A DNA stretch of 64,000 nt from NCBI GenBank assembly GCA_963665125.2, contig CAXXUK010000001.1, positions 1,920,001 to 1,984,000 of the forward strand, read 5' to 3'. Under the pieces are notes generated by a model. It ran no database searches. It had not been told where the DNA came from and was given only the letters and a program-made list of their open reading frames with translations. The translations under genes were made by a program, and so were the position numbers. How positions within the stretch are numbered: the first letter of the stretch is position 1; the number at the start of each line of letters is the position of its first letter. Below, one piece after another: positions 27,401 to 37,474 of this stretch. Origin of the DNA: an uncultured Desulfarculus sp. GTDB taxonomy: Bacteria; Desulfobacterota; Desulfarculia; Desulfarculales; Desulfarculaceae.

Positions 27401-29953
27401 GTACGCAGCCTTCGGGTCGTGGAACTTGATACGCCCGCACCGGTCATCGAGGTGCCCATCGGCGACAAGGACTACCCCGGCGTGTACGTGGGCGTGCTGC
27501 TCGTTCGAGGCAGGGTGGCGGAACCGGCGGCCACCGGCGTTGACTTGGGCAAGCCCCAGGTGCGCCTGGGCTACTGTCGAATCAAGGTGGCCCGGCCCGG
27601 CGGCGGCATCGCCGTTGACGTCAACACCGACCGTGCAAAAGCCCGGCCCGGCGAGATGATCAAGGCCAACGCCGCCGTGACCAAGGGCGGCCAACCCTAC
27701 CAGGCCCAGGTCACCCTGTTGGCCGTGGACGAGCGGGTGCTCACCGCCGCGGGCGGGGTCGATTCCTATGATCCCATGGAGACATTCGGCAGACTGGTGG
27801 GCCTGGGAGTCCTGAACGTCGACATGCGCACCCAGGTCATCGGCAAGATCCTGGCCGCCCAAAAGGGTGAGGACGGCGCGGGCGGCGGCGGCATGAGCCC
27901 TGCCCTACGCCAGCGTTTTCACCCGGCGGTGTTCTGGCTGGCCGACGCCGAAACCGACGCCGACGGTAAGCTCGCGGTGGAGTTCCATCTGCCCGATACA
28001 CTCACGGCCTACCGGGTGGTGGCCGTGGCCTGTGACACGGCCGATGATTTTGCCTCGGCCAAGGCCACGGTGCGGGTCAGCAAGCCGTTACAGGTGCTTT
28101 CGGCCCTGCCGCGTTTTGTCACCAACGGCGACAGTTTCGACGCCCGTTTCGTGGTGCAGAACTTCGGCGAAAAACAGACCCAGGTCAGGCTCAGCGCCCA
28201 GCTTGACGGCCTGGAGCCCGACGGCCCCATGGAGCAGGTGATCGGCCTGGCTCCGGGTGAGAGCAAGGTGGTCGGCTTCGCGGTCAAGGCCAAAAAGACC
28301 GGCAAGGTGTCGGTGTCCGTGCGGGCCGTGGCCGGAAACGAAGGCGACGGCGCCCTCTACACCATGGAGGTCAAGCCGCGCACCCAACTTACGGCCATGG
28401 CCGCTGCCGGTGAGCTCATGCCCAAGGGCAAGCAGGCCGAGATCGTCACCCAGATAGTGACCCCGGCCGACTCCGAGCCCGATCGCGGCGGCCTGAGCCT
28501 GGAAATTTCCGGCAGTCTGGCCCCGTCCATGGACCGGCCCACCAGGATGCTGGTCGAATATCCCTGGGACTGCTGGGAGCAGCGCCTGAGCCGGGCCTCG
28601 GCCAGGGCCCTGCGCCTCAGCGCAGGCAAGACCTTTGGCCTGCAACCCGATCCCAAGGACCTCGAGTTGGTCCAAAAGACCGTTGATCTGGCCATCGACT
28701 TCCAGACCGGAAACGGCGGGTTCGTCTATTGGCGGGGCATGCAGCATGCCGATCCGCTGCTGACGGCCTACACGCTCATCGCCGCCAAGCAGATCGCCAA
28801 GGCCGGACCGGAGATGGACGCCGAGGTCATCAAGGACGCGGCCCGGTATCTGGAAAACGCCCTCAAAGCCAAGCGTCCCAAGACCCGCGGAATGTACTAC
28901 ACCACCGCCGAGGCCCTGGCCATCTGGGCCCTGGCCGAGCATGGAACCAACATCAAACCGTATCTGGAGACCGCCCTGACCGATGCGCCGAGCATGACCC
29001 CGTTCGCCTTGGCCTCCCTGATCAAGGCCGCCCACATTTCGGGCCAGCCCGGGGTCGTGGCCAAGCTGGTCCAGCGCCTGGAAGCCACGGCCGCTGTCAG
29101 CGCCACGGGCCTGCACTTCGCCGCCATCAACCCCGGCGGCCTCAAGGTGGTGATGGGTTCGCGCCTGAGGGGCAATGCCCTGGCCCTCTGGGCCCTGAGC
29201 AACGCCGTGCCGGGCTACCCGCGCCTGGGCAACCTGGGCCGCTGGCTGGCCACGGACCTGGCCCGCCGCCAATACATCTCCACCCAGGACGCGGTGTTCG
29301 GCCTATGGGGCATGCAGGCCTATCTGGAGTCCGTGGGGGCTGGCCAGCCCGTCAGCGGATCGGTGAGCCTGGACGGCCGGGAGTTGGCCAAGCGCCTGTT
29401 CGACAATATTCAGAGCCCGCCCCTGGAAGTGGACGTGGCCCGGACCATGCTGGAAACCGGCAAGCCCCAAAACCTGGAAATCAAGGCCGAAGGCCAGGGC
29501 ATCCTGTTCTGGACGGCCAGGCTGCGCTACGCCCCGCTGGGGTCCCTGGCCCAGCCGGTCAATGCCGGACTGCGGGTGGCCCGTTTCCTGGCCAAGCCCG
29601 GATCCGAGGCGGGCGGCATCTGGAAGTTGGGTGAAGAAATTGAATACGTGGTGACCATCAGCGCCGACGATACGCGTTTCCACGTGCTGGTGGCCGCGCC
29701 CTATCCGGCGGGCCTGGAGCCTCTGCGGGCCCGGGAGGGAGCCGTGCAGGCGGCCCCTTGGACTTGGAGCGAACTGCGCACCAGCGAGCTGTTGCTCTAT
29801 ACGCCGGTGCTACAGCCGGGGGTGTACACCTACCGCTTCCGCATGCGGGCCGTGAACCCCGGCAGCTTCGTGATGCCGCCGCTGCGGGCCGAGGAGATGT
29901 ACGCGCCCGAGGTGTTCGGCGCCACGGCCGAAGAAACGGTTGAAGTGCGGTGA
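24419..29953 (+). CDS. bacterial alpha-2-macroglobulin
   Basis: 1844 aa; LYQPGQ, FRPPDF, LPDTLTAYR, CWEQ thioester motif, AEEMYAPEVFG; followed by pbpC. Confidence 0.94.
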   Translation: MRARGLRVSAVLAALFAVALLMAADGLAMDEKQPAALKVTSLLPQGQAPRLTQIVVGFNKQMVPLGTAEQGDTDAPLRLDPRPAGAYRWLDPSTLAYIFDKPVTGSTRIKIAVPAGIKALDGSALAKTVRATAWTPPVVVSDTNPKPGYRVGPDQQFRLYLNQPVKLDSLVKRLAVYVGGNRVGAKVNLQPKPSWQRERQNLAAVYIVTLDKSLPPETGVRIDIGKGLVPEEGDLPSERSFGFTYRTYNTLHMVRAFMPNSVLGGLDPSASLMLEFNNPVKGEDVWKHLKIDPPLPRPVEDFYESSSRWVHLDLKFKPGQTYKVVLEAGLKDDFGTALAAPVTHVLKMGDLNPLMALSSTSGVLELPGVLPLRLRNLDAVDLGLQLIGPDNVVPALVAEAERDWDDPREPPKQGDPGVVIEELRPELEKNRTVLYPLDLGKLLGRSPTGGLILVDARATWPDDNGEPNLRVRRALIQVTQMGLSLKLGASSGAAWVTGLADAKPMAGVALELRDRKNRVLWQGVSDENGLAKLPGVEELKPDPDPDRPWRNPLVYLMAQKDGDMAVLPSEWGWDLTYELPSEVNFTGPGDTPSVAAHALVQLPLYQPGQEVRFAVYLRNRTADGLVAPEPTDVELMVDDPYGKQLQKVTTRSNRYGTVSSSLQLSSSARLGSYTIRVKFNGKRVTAGSFRVASFRPPDFKVTLNSPDDAVGSGPAGQAQVDAQYLFGAPVAEGSAELTVSQEPTYFSPPPLRDFVVGDIPLPGSEVFQQATLGQQKASLDAKGFTTFELPKAEPLPGLPVRLQMQAVVGDKADLFMTASRSMIVHPASIYVGLKTPLLATANQAAKIELLAAGFDGKPAALEGLKLTAYRQYWETVREKGPGGYYRYLGQARREQVWQGDVSLATDGATVEFTPPQAGTYVLVAEAKDSAGRIIRSAAYMWATGGGIAGWQCFDGHQLELQAAGDDLKPGQTARILVKNPFAKATALVSVERRGVRSLRVVELDTPAPVIEVPIGDKDYPGVYVGVLLVRGRVAEPAATGVDLGKPQVRLGYCRIKVARPGGGIAVDVNTDRAKARPGEMIKANAAVTKGGQPYQAQVTLLAVDERVLTAAGGVDSYDPMETFGRLVGLGVLNVDMRTQVIGKILAAQKGEDGAGGGGMSPALRQRFHPAVFWLADAETDADGKLAVEFHLPDTLTAYRVVAVACDTADDFASAKATVRVSKPLQVLSALPRFVTNGDSFDARFVVQNFGEKQTQVRLSAQLDGLEPDGPMEQVIGLAPGESKVVGFAVKAKKTGKVSVSVRAVAGNEGDGALYTMEVKPRTQLTAMAAAGELMPKGKQAEIVTQIVTPADSEPDRGGLSLEISGSLAPSMDRPTRMLVEYPWDCWEQRLSRASARALRLSAGKTFGLQPDPKDLELVQKTVDLAIDFQTGNGGFVYWRGMQHADPLLTAYTLIAAKQIAKAGPEMDAEVIKDAARYLENALKAKRPKTRGMYYTTAEALAIWALAEHGTNIKPYLETALTDAPSMTPFALASLIKAAHISGQPGVVAKLVQRLEATAAVSATGLHFAAINPGGLKVVMGSRLRGNALALWALSNAVPGYPRLGNLGRWLATDLARRQYISTQDAVFGLWGMQAYLESVGAGQPVSGSVSLDGRELAKRLFDNIQSPPLEVDVARTMLETGKPQNLEIKAEGQGILFWTARLRYAPLGSLAQPVNAGLRVARFLAKPGSEAGGIWKLGEEIEYVVTISADDTRFHVLVAAPYPAGLEPLRAREGAVQAAPWTWSELRTSELLLYTPVLQPGVYTYRFRMRAVNPGSFVMPPLRAEEMYAPEVFGATAEETVEVR

Positions 29954-32127
29954 AACGCATCACCCTATGGGCCCTGGCCGCGTGCCTGGGGCTGTTGGCC
30001 GTGGCCTGGGCCGCCTTGTGGCTCTGGCCGGGGGCGGCGCCCCAGGCGGGCTACGGCCGGGGCGACCGGTTGCTGCTGGCCGCCGACGGCCGGGTCATGG
30101 CCCTGTTCGCCGACCCCAGGGTGCGCTGCGGACCATGGCTGGCCGCCGACGATATCCCACCGGTGCTTGCCGCCGCCGCCGTGGCCGCCGAGGACAAGCG
30201 GTTCCACGCCCACCCCGGCGTGGACCCCCTGGCCCTTTTGCGGGCCACGGCCCAAAACATAGGCGCGGGCCGGGTCGTTTCCGGCGGCTCCACCATCACC
30301 ATGCAGTTGGCCAGGCTTTTGGAACCGGCCAACCGCACCCTGGGGGCCAAACTGCGGGAGGCCTGCACGGCCCTATGGCTGGAGCGGCGCATGACCAAGG
30401 CCGCCATTCTGGAGCAGTACCTTAACCGCGCCCCCTTTGGCGGGCCCTTGGTGGGGGCCGGAGCGGCCTGCCGGGTGCTTCTGGGCAAGGATCCGCAGCG
30501 CCTGACGCCCGCCGAGGCGGCGTTGTTGATGGCCCTGCCCCAGGATCCGGCCCGACTGCTGAGAAAGGCCAACCGAGACCGCCTCAAGGACCGGCGTGAC
30601 CTGATCCTGCGCCGCATGGCCCAGGACGGCAGCATCGATGCCGATGCGCTGGAGCGCAACCTGGCCGCGCCGCTTAAGATCGCCGCCCGGCCCGGCCTGG
30701 CCGACGCGCCCCACCTTGCCAGGCGGATCAAGGGCCTGTTGCCCCAAAATGCCGGGCACGAGATCAAGACCTATATCGACCTGGATTTGCAGCGCCAGGC
30801 CGCTGAACTGGCCGCCGAGCACTGCCGCTTGGGGGCCAACCTGGGCCTGCGTCAGGCCGCCGTGGTGGTGTTGCGCAACAGCGACCGGGCCGTGCTGGCC
30901 TGGGTGGGATCGGCCGACTTTGACGGGCCCTGGGCCGGTCAGGTGGACGGCGTGTTGGCCAAGCGCCAGCCGGGCAGCACCTTGAAACCTTTTGTCTACG
31001 GCCTGGCCCTGGAAAAGGGCTACACCCTAGCCGGGATGATCGCCGACGAACCACTGGGCCTGCAAACGGCCGGGGGCGTGTTCCGGCCCGTGGATTACGA
31101 CGGCAAGAGCCGGGGTGATGTGACCTTGCGTCAGGCCCTGGGCAGTTCATTGAACCTGCCCGCCCTGCGCCTGATGCGCGGTCTGGGCGTTGAATTGGTG
31201 CTGGAGCGACTGCGGGGCCTGGGCCTGGACCTGCCCCGCCGGGCCGACCACTACGGCCTGGGCCTGGCTCTTGGCAACGGCGAGGTCACGCTTTTGGAAC
31301 TGGCCCAGGCCTATGCCGCCCTGGCCGACGGCGGACGCTGGGCCCCGGCAAGGCTGTGGCAGGGCCAGGAGCAGGCCAAGCCCCGTCAGACTGCCGACCC
31401 GGCGGCCTGCCGTTTGATCGCCGACGTCATGTCCGACGACGAAGCCAGGGGCCTTGGATTCGGCCGCCACAGCCTGCTGGAGCTCCCCTTCCCTGCGGCG
31501 GTCAAAACCGGCACCAGCCAGCATTTCAAGGACAACTGGTGCATCGGTTTCACCCGGCAGTACACAGTGGCCGTGTGGGTTGGCAACTTCTCGGCCCAGC
31601 CCATGGCCGGGGTGTCGGGCCTCAGCGGCGCCGGGCCCCTGTGGCGGCAGGTGATGATGCTGGTCCACGGCAGCCGGTCCGGCGATCTGCCGCCCTGGCC
31701 CGCCGGGGTGGAGCGCCTGCGGGTTTGCTGCGACAGCGGCGCGGCGGCAGGGCCGGGTTGCCCCAACACCCGTCTTGAATACTTCCTGGCGGGCAAGGGC
31801 CCCGAGGCCAGGTGTCCCCTGCACGGGCAAGCCGGGGCGGTTGCCGCGCGTCCCCGCCTGGAGCTGTTGGCCCCGGCCGACGGCGCGGTGTACGCCCTTG
31901 ACCCCGGCCTGCCCGCCCAATTGCAGATCTTGGCCTGCCGGGCCAGGGCCGAAGGAAAGGTCATCCAGGCCAGTTGGCTGCTCAACGGCAAACCCCTGGA
32001 GGACTTTACCGACCACTTGAACGGCAGGCTGGTGCTGGAGCCGGGCAATCACGAGATCGTCCTGCGGGTCCGCGGCGACTGGGGCGATTCCGAAGTGCGG
32101 GCCGGATTCAGCGTTTTGGCCATGTAG
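29950..32127 (+). CDS. pbpC: penicillin-binding protein 1C
   Basis: EDKRF, GGSTITMQ, STLK, SLN, KTGTS; coupled to the alpha-2-macroglobulin gene (GTGA overlap). Confidence 0.93.
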   Translation: MKRITLWALAACLGLLAVAWAALWLWPGAAPQAGYGRGDRLLLAADGRVMALFADPRVRCGPWLAADDIPPVLAAAAVAAEDKRFHAHPGVDPLALLRATAQNIGAGRVVSGGSTITMQLARLLEPANRTLGAKLREACTALWLERRMTKAAILEQYLNRAPFGGPLVGAGAACRVLLGKDPQRLTPAEAALLMALPQDPARLLRKANRDRLKDRRDLILRRMAQDGSIDADALERNLAAPLKIAARPGLADAPHLARRIKGLLPQNAGHEIKTYIDLDLQRQAAELAAEHCRLGANLGLRQAAVVVLRNSDRAVLAWVGSADFDGPWAGQVDGVLAKRQPGSTLKPFVYGLALEKGYTLAGMIADEPLGLQTAGGVFRPVDYDGKSRGDVTLRQALGSSLNLPALRLMRGLGVELVLERLRGLGLDLPRRADHYGLGLALGNGEVTLLELAQAYAALADGGRWAPARLWQGQEQAKPRQTADPAACRLIADVMSDDEARGLGFGRHSLLELPFPAAVKTGTSQHFKDNWCIGFTRQYTVAVWVGNFSAQPMAGVSGLSGAGPLWRQVMMLVHGSRSGDLPPWPAGVERLRVCCDSGAAAGPGCPNTRLEYFLAGKGPEARCPLHGQAGAVAARPRLELLAPADGAVYALDPGLPAQLQILACRARAEGKVIQASWLLNGKPLEDFTDHLNGRLVLEPGNHEIVLRVRGDWGDSEVRAGFSVLAM

Positions 32128-32195
32128 CCGCTGAATTTCGCCCACGCCTTTGTGCTATCCTTGACTAAACAATCCCGCGCAGTTTGGTATGGCAT

Positions 32196-33158
32196 ATGAA
32201 GCAAAACAAGAAAAACGAGGCCTGCGGCTGGGATGAAGAGCAAGCCGCACGGCTGGTGGAAAAGCTGCCCGAGGTGGTCAGGGTGCTCAGGGACACCTGC
32301 TCCACCGAGCGCTGCTTTGAGCATATCAGCTCCGCGCCCCTGCCCAAGCACGCCGATGTGGTGCGCATCATCGAGTTGGGCCGCCGCATCCTGTTTCCAG
32401 GTTATTTTGACGACAAGGTCATCGACCGGGTCAACCTTGAGTACCACCTGGGCCAGGAGGTTCTTACGCTTTACGAACTGCTGGCCGACCAAATCAGCCG
32501 GGCCGTGCGCCACGAGTGCCTGCGCTACGACCTTGAATGCACCCATTGCAACGATCGGGGCGGCCTGGCGGCCTATGAATTCGTGCGCCAGCTTCCCGGC
32601 CTGCGGGAAATGCTGGCCGGCGACGTAAAGGCCGCATTGCAGGGCGACCCGGCCACGGCCTCGCCAGACGAGATCATCTTCAGCTATCCGGGGCTCATGG
32701 CCGTGACGGTCTACCGCATGGCCCACGCCCTGTTGCATCTGGAGGTGCCGCTATTGCCCCGGATGATGGCCGAATACGCCCACGGCAAGACCGGCATCGA
32801 CATCCACCCGGCGGCGGAGATCGGCAACAATTTCTTCATCGATCACGGCACAGGAGTGGTCATCGGCGGCACGGCCGTCCTCGGAGACAATGTCCGCCTC
32901 TATCAGGGCGTCACCCTGGGGGCCCTGAGCCTGCCAGCCGACCAGGTGGAGCGCCTGCGCGACAGCAAACGCCACCCCACCATCGAGGACGATGTGGTGA
33001 TCTACGCCGGGGCCACCATCCTGGGCGGAGAGACGGTCATCGGCGCACGTTCGGTCATCGGCGGCAATGTCTGGCTGACTTCATCGGTGCCCCCGGACAC
33101 CAAGGTGGTCCTGGAAAGCCCGCAACTGGTCTACATAGGCCCCAAATCAGGAGAATGA
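32196..33158 (+). CDS. cysE: serine O-acetyltransferase (EpsC-type)
   Basis: [36 protein letters not shown]. Confidence 0.9.
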   Translation: MKQNKKNEACGWDEEQAARLVEKLPEVVRVLRDTCSTERCFEHISSAPLPKHADVVRIIELGRRILFPGYFDDKVIDRVNLEYHLGQEVLTLYELLADQISRAVRHECLRYDLECTHCNDRGGLAAYEFVRQLPGLREMLAGDVKAALQGDPATASPDEIIFSYPGLMAVTVYRMAHALLHLEVPLLPRMMAEYAHGKTGIDIHPAAEIGNNFFIDHGTGVVIGGTAVLGDNVRLYQGVTLGALSLPADQVERLRDSKRHPTIEDDVVIYAGATILGGETVIGARSVIGGNVWLTSSVPPDTKVVLESPQLVYIGPKSGE

Positions 33159-33159
33159 A

Positions 33160-34086
33160 ATGCCTGTTTTGCATGACGTGACCCATGCCATAGGGCGCAC
33201 GCCACTGGTCCAACTGGACACCGGCATGTTTCCGGAAGTGGTGGGGCGTGTGTTGGCCAAGCTGGAATACAAGAACCCCCTGGGCAGCGTGAAGGACCGC
33301 ATCGCCCAGTCCATGATCGGCGCGGCCATGCATGAAGGCAGGGTCAATGACGACACGGTGATCGTCGAGCCCACCAGCGGCAACACGGGCATCGGCCTGG
33401 CCATGATTTGCGCGGTGAAAAAACTGCGCCTGATCCTGACCATGCCCGAGACCATGAGCATCGAGCGGCGCAAGCTACTGAAGCATCTGGGCGCGGAACT
33501 GGTCTTGACGCCGGGTCCGGGGGGCATGGCCGGGGCCCTGGCCCAGGCGGAAAAGATCGCCGCCGAACACGAAAACTCGTTCATGCCCAACCAGTTCGCC
33601 AACCCGGCCAACCCGGCCGCCCACCGCATCACCACGGCCCAGGAGATATGGGCCGACACTATGGGCGCTGTGGACATATTCGTGGCTGGGGTGGGCACCG
33701 GCGGCACCATCACCGGGGTGAGCCAGGCCATCAAGGCCGTCAAGCCGGGATTCAAGGCCGTGGCCGTGGAGCCCGCCGAATCGCCGGTTCTGTCCGGCGG
33801 CAAGCCCGGCCCGCACAAGATTCAGGGAATCGGCGCGGGGTTCGTGCCCCAGGTGCTGGACCGTTCGGTGATCGACGAGGTGCTCACCGTGAACGCCGAG
33901 ACGGCCATGACCACCGCCCGAATGCTGGCGGCCAGGCAGGGCCTGTTGTGCGGCATCAGTTCCGGAGCGGCGGTATGGGCGGCCATGACCGTGGCGGCCA
34001 GGCCCGAAAACAAGGGCAAGACCATCGTCACGGTGCTGCCCAGCACGGGCGAGCGCTACATTAGCACGGATCTTTTCATTCAATAG
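33160..34086 (+). CDS. cysK: cysteine synthase A
   Basis: [31 protein letters not shown]. Confidence 0.95.
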   Translation: MPVLHDVTHAIGRTPLVQLDTGMFPEVVGRVLAKLEYKNPLGSVKDRIAQSMIGAAMHEGRVNDDTVIVEPTSGNTGIGLAMICAVKKLRLILTMPETMSIERRKLLKHLGAELVLTPGPGGMAGALAQAEKIAAEHENSFMPNQFANPANPAAHRITTAQEIWADTMGAVDIFVAGVGTGGTITGVSQAIKAVKPGFKAVAVEPAESPVLSGGKPGPHKIQGIGAGFVPQVLDRSVIDEVLTVNAETAMTTARMLAARQGLLCGISSGAAVWAAMTVAARPENKGKTIVTVLPSTGERYISTDLFIQ

Positions 34087-34088
34087 GC

Positions 34089-34952
34089 TCAGTAGCTGAC
34101 TATGCCGTCAGCCTCCAGTTTGGCGGCAATGGCAAAGACCACCCAGGCCCCGCAGAGGTCGCAATCCACGTCGTTGCCGTAGCAGCAAAACGGCTGCACG
34201 AATTCATGGCCTTCCAGGTACAGGGGAAAGACATAGGCCGACGCCGGGCAATTGTCGGTTACGGCCTTGCACTTGCCGGACAGGGTCAGCTCCAGGGCCC
34301 GCGAATTGTTCCAGATGAAACCGGGGTGCTTCTTTTTCAGTTCCATGACCTTGCGTACTGCCTGGTCCCGGCGCTCCGGGCTGCCCCAGGTGAGCTCTGA
34401 GGTGTCGCCGGCCGTGGGCACGTAAAACGAAAAGGTCATGCCCTGGGCCTTGGTGGGTTTGACCAATTCCACCAGCTCTTCCATGAGGTGCTCGTTGGCC
34501 GCCGTGGCCACGCATTGGACCATCACCGTTGGGCCGAAGTCTTCCGGAATGCGTTCCAGGGTTCTCATGACCTTGTCGAACGAGCCCTTGCCCCGGATGA
34601 CGTCGTTGTATTCGGGCGGCCCGTCCAGGCTGACCACATAGATGCAATTGGGCAGGTCGATCAGCTCAATGGTGCCGTTGGTGGTTACGGTGTTGGTCTT
34701 GAACAACCCGCTGCCCCGGCGCAAAATTTCGGGCCGCAGCAATGGCTCTCCGCCCATCCACAACATGTGCTCGACGCCACGTTCCTGTTGGATTTGGGCG
34801 AGTTTGGATAGCATGGTCTCGTCATCCATCTCGCCCTTGGGGTCGTTGGGATTGCCCTGGCGAAAGACAAAACAGTGGCGGCAGCGCAGAGTGCAGCGGT
34901 TGGTGATGTTGACCATGGCCGCTGGAAATGACTTTACGGCTTCGGCTTTCAT
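34089..34952 (-). CDS. radical SAM protein with Cys-rich C-terminus
   Basis: CTLRCRHC, GGEP, SLDG; C-terminal C..C..CC..CDLCG. Confidence 0.9.
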   Translation of the reverse strand: MKAEAVKSFPAAMVNITNRCTLRCRHCFVFRQGNPNDPKGEMDDETMLSKLAQIQQERGVEHMLWMGGEPLLRPEILRRGSGLFKTNTVTTNGTIELIDLPNCIYVVSLDGPPEYNDVIRGKGSFDKVMRTLERIPEDFGPTVMVQCVATAANEHLMEELVELVKPTKAQGMTFSFYVPTAGDTSELTWGSPERRDQAVRKVMELKKKHPGFIWNNSRALELTLSGKCKAVTDNCPASAYVFPLYLEGHEFVQPFCCYGNDVDCDLCGAWVVFAIAAKLEADGIVSY

Positions 34953-35112
34953 AAACAATGCCCCCCTTTGTAAACAGTGTTTATATTCCACATGTGAGAT
35001 TTTGTAAATTCAGGCACGGCGGGAGCAACTATTTATCACTATTGCGCGATTCCATGCTAAAACATCATTATCGATGGCGAGATAACCTGGTTGAATCTAT
35101 AAGGAATAAGTT

Positions 35113-35712
35113 ATGAAAAACAAGCTGGTTGGACTCACCCTGTTTTGCATGATCATTGCTTTGGCGGCCTTGGCGGCCGGTTGCAACCCCACCATGGGCC
35201 GCAACTACTACGCCAATTACTACACCGAGCAGATGGACCGCTATCCCAACACGCTGATGACCTATGATACGGGTCTGCGCATGTGGACGTTCGATGATCC
35301 TGATTTCAGCCTGAAGGTAAGTCTGGAAGAAGGCAAGGACTACGCCTTCAACATCCAACTGACCAACAAATCCGACGGCGCCCTGGTCATCGACTGGAAC
35401 CGCTTCATGTACGTGGATGTCAACGGCAACACCCACCATGTGATTCACGATGGCGTCAACTACTGGGATCCGGTGGCCAAGCAAACTCCGACCGTGGTTC
35501 CGGCCGGCGGAAGTCTTGACGACCTGGTTCAGCCGGCCCGTCTGACCGAACGCGACGGCGCCATCCGACTTGCCCCGCTTACGGCCGACGACACGGCCAC
35601 CTGGGGTGCGTGGCCCCAAGCCGCCACGCTGATGATGCCGGTGCATTCAGTGGACGGCGAAGAGGTCTTCAAGATGCAGCTCGACATGAGCAGCGGCGGG
35701 CCCTGGTACTAA
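35113..35712 (+). CDS. lipoprotein of unknown function
   Basis: Signal peptide with lipobox LAAGC. Confidence 0.75.
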   Translation: MKNKLVGLTLFCMIIALAALAAGCNPTMGRNYYANYYTEQMDRYPNTLMTYDTGLRMWTFDDPDFSLKVSLEEGKDYAFNIQLTNKSDGALVIDWNRFMYVDVNGNTHHVIHDGVNYWDPVAKQTPTVVPAGGSLDDLVQPARLTERDGAIRLAPLTADDTATWGAWPQAATLMMPVHSVDGEEVFKMQLDMSSGGPWY

Positions 35713-35718
35713 TCAACC

Positions 35719-36399
35719 ATGTATATTGATATTGTCGACCCACGCCGCGCGGAACTTGAAGAACTGCGCGGCGTGGTGGTGATATTGGATATTTTCCGCG
35801 CCGGCAACACCATAGCCTCGTTGCTGGCCGCCGGCGCCCCTGAAGTGTGGCTGGTGTCGTCTTTGGACGAGGCCCGCCTATTGAAGGTAACGCACCCCGA
35901 GGTGCCGCTGTTGGGCGAGCGGGGCGGCGTGGCCCCGGCCGACTTTGATGGCGGCAACTCTCCGGTCCATGCCTCGGAAGCGCTTAAAACCAGGCAACCC
36001 GTGATTCTGACGACTTCCGCCGGGACCCAGGCCGTGCACCGCCTGATCAAGGCTCAGTCCGTGTTTTACGGTACTTTCGCCGCGGCAGCGGCCCTGATCG
36101 AGGCCATACGCAGTATCAATCCCGCAGAGGTTCATCTCGTGCCCATGGGCCTGGAGGCCCGCAAACCATGCGCCGAGGACGACGCGGCGGCGGAGTATCT
36201 GGCCGGGATGCTGCGGGGCGAGGAACCGGATTTCGCCGAGGCCGTAAGGGGGCTGGGCGATTGTGACGGAGCCCGGCGACTCAAACGGCTCAATCAGTTG
36301 GACGACTTGGCCTTTTGCCTGACCGTGGACTGCCTCGATGTTGTGCCGGTGGTCAAGTATGGCCAGCAACCGCCCAGGGCCGTTGTTTGGTCCGATTAA
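35719..36399 (+). CDS. comB: 2-phosphosulfolactate phosphatase family protein
   Basis: DIFRAGNT, GERGG, GNSP, TTSAGT, ED motifs. Confidence 0.85.
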   Translation: MYIDIVDPRRAELEELRGVVVILDIFRAGNTIASLLAAGAPEVWLVSSLDEARLLKVTHPEVPLLGERGGVAPADFDGGNSPVHASEALKTRQPVILTTSAGTQAVHRLIKAQSVFYGTFAAAAALIEAIRSINPAEVHLVPMGLEARKPCAEDDAAAEYLAGMLRGEEPDFAEAVRGLGDCDGARRLKRLNQLDDLAFCLTVDCLDVVPVVKYGQQPPRAVVWSD

Positions 36400-36598
36400 C
36401 ACGGAAACCGCGAACGAAGATGGCCTTTGGTTGAGTCACCGCCTGCCGTTTTACAGTTCGGCATTCCAGCCTTACCTCTTGCCTTGCCGCCCTTTTTCAA
36501 ATTATCTTTTGGTTATGTCTGGTAAGAACCGCGCGAACCTGTCGTCAACATATGCAGTGCCCTGAAGCGGATCAAACCGATACCGAAAGGAAGCGACG

Positions 36599-37240
36599 AT
36601 GTTACAGCGAATCGCGATAGTGTTTCTGGCTTTATTGGTGCTGGCCGCCATTCCGGCCCAGGCCAGGGAATATGTCGAAAAATTCAACCCGGCAGGCCCC
36701 GGCATTTTTAAAGATGTTTTTGTAAATGGCCCGGACGGCGCATGGAACGGCATGATCGGCAACGGTTTCTACCTCTTGACCAACACAAATCCCGCCGGTG
36801 GAGACGTGCGCTATTACAATGTGAACAACATCAGCGGCGAGACGTCCCAGGCCCTGGCCAACTGCACGGTCAGCGCCACGGTCAAGGGCCGTAGCGATGG
36901 CCCCCTTGGTGGCGCTGGGCTTATATACCGGCTAAATCCCCAAAACGGCACATACTGGGCATTCGTGGTCAACGACAAAGGCGGTTATGCCATTTACAAG
37001 CGCGGCCCCCAGGGCATGAGCCAAATCATGGGCGGCACCCACCCGGCCGTCAAGCCCGATGCACCGAACCAGTTGACCATCAGGCCCGCCATGGACAATC
37101 AGGTGGAGTTCCTGGTCAACGGCCAGACAGTGGGCGCGGCGGGCAGCAGCGATATCAACGGCCACGCGCCCGGCATCTTGGCCATATCTCCGGGCAGCTT
37201 TGGTTTTGAAAACTTTGAGATAAAAACCACCACCCCCTAA
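36599..37240 (+). CDS. exported hypothetical protein (probably beta-sandwich)
   Basis: Signal peptide ending AQA; beta-rich sequence with GLIYR, NQLTI and EFLVNG. Confidence 0.7.
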   Translation: MLQRIAIVFLALLVLAAIPAQAREYVEKFNPAGPGIFKDVFVNGPDGAWNGMIGNGFYLLTNTNPAGGDVRYYNVNNISGETSQALANCTVSATVKGRSDGPLGGAGLIYRLNPQNGTYWAFVVNDKGGYAIYKRGPQGMSQIMGGTHPAVKPDAPNQLTIRPAMDNQVEFLVNGQTVGAAGSSDINGHAPGILAISPGSFGFENFEIKTTTP

Positions 37241-37292
37241 AATGGCCATTAGCGGCCCAGTCGAGGGAGCTGGCGGCTACCGCTTCATCAAT

Positions 37293-37332
37293 AAGCCGGG
37301 AACGGGTACTGAAACCCGAAACCGGCTTTTTT
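37293..37332 (+). terminator. intrinsic terminator
   Basis: AAGCCGG..CGGGT/ACCCG..CCGGCTT hairpin plus T tract. Confidence 0.6.
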
Positions 37333-37474
37333 ATTATTTGACTGATTATCCGCTCAAGCTGTAATACAACAGGTACTCTGCGTCAGTGGCGCGGTTAAGT
37401 TAAATTACAGGTGCATATAAAATGAATTGCACTCATAATACCTGCATCAACATGATATTTTCATAGAGGCATGA

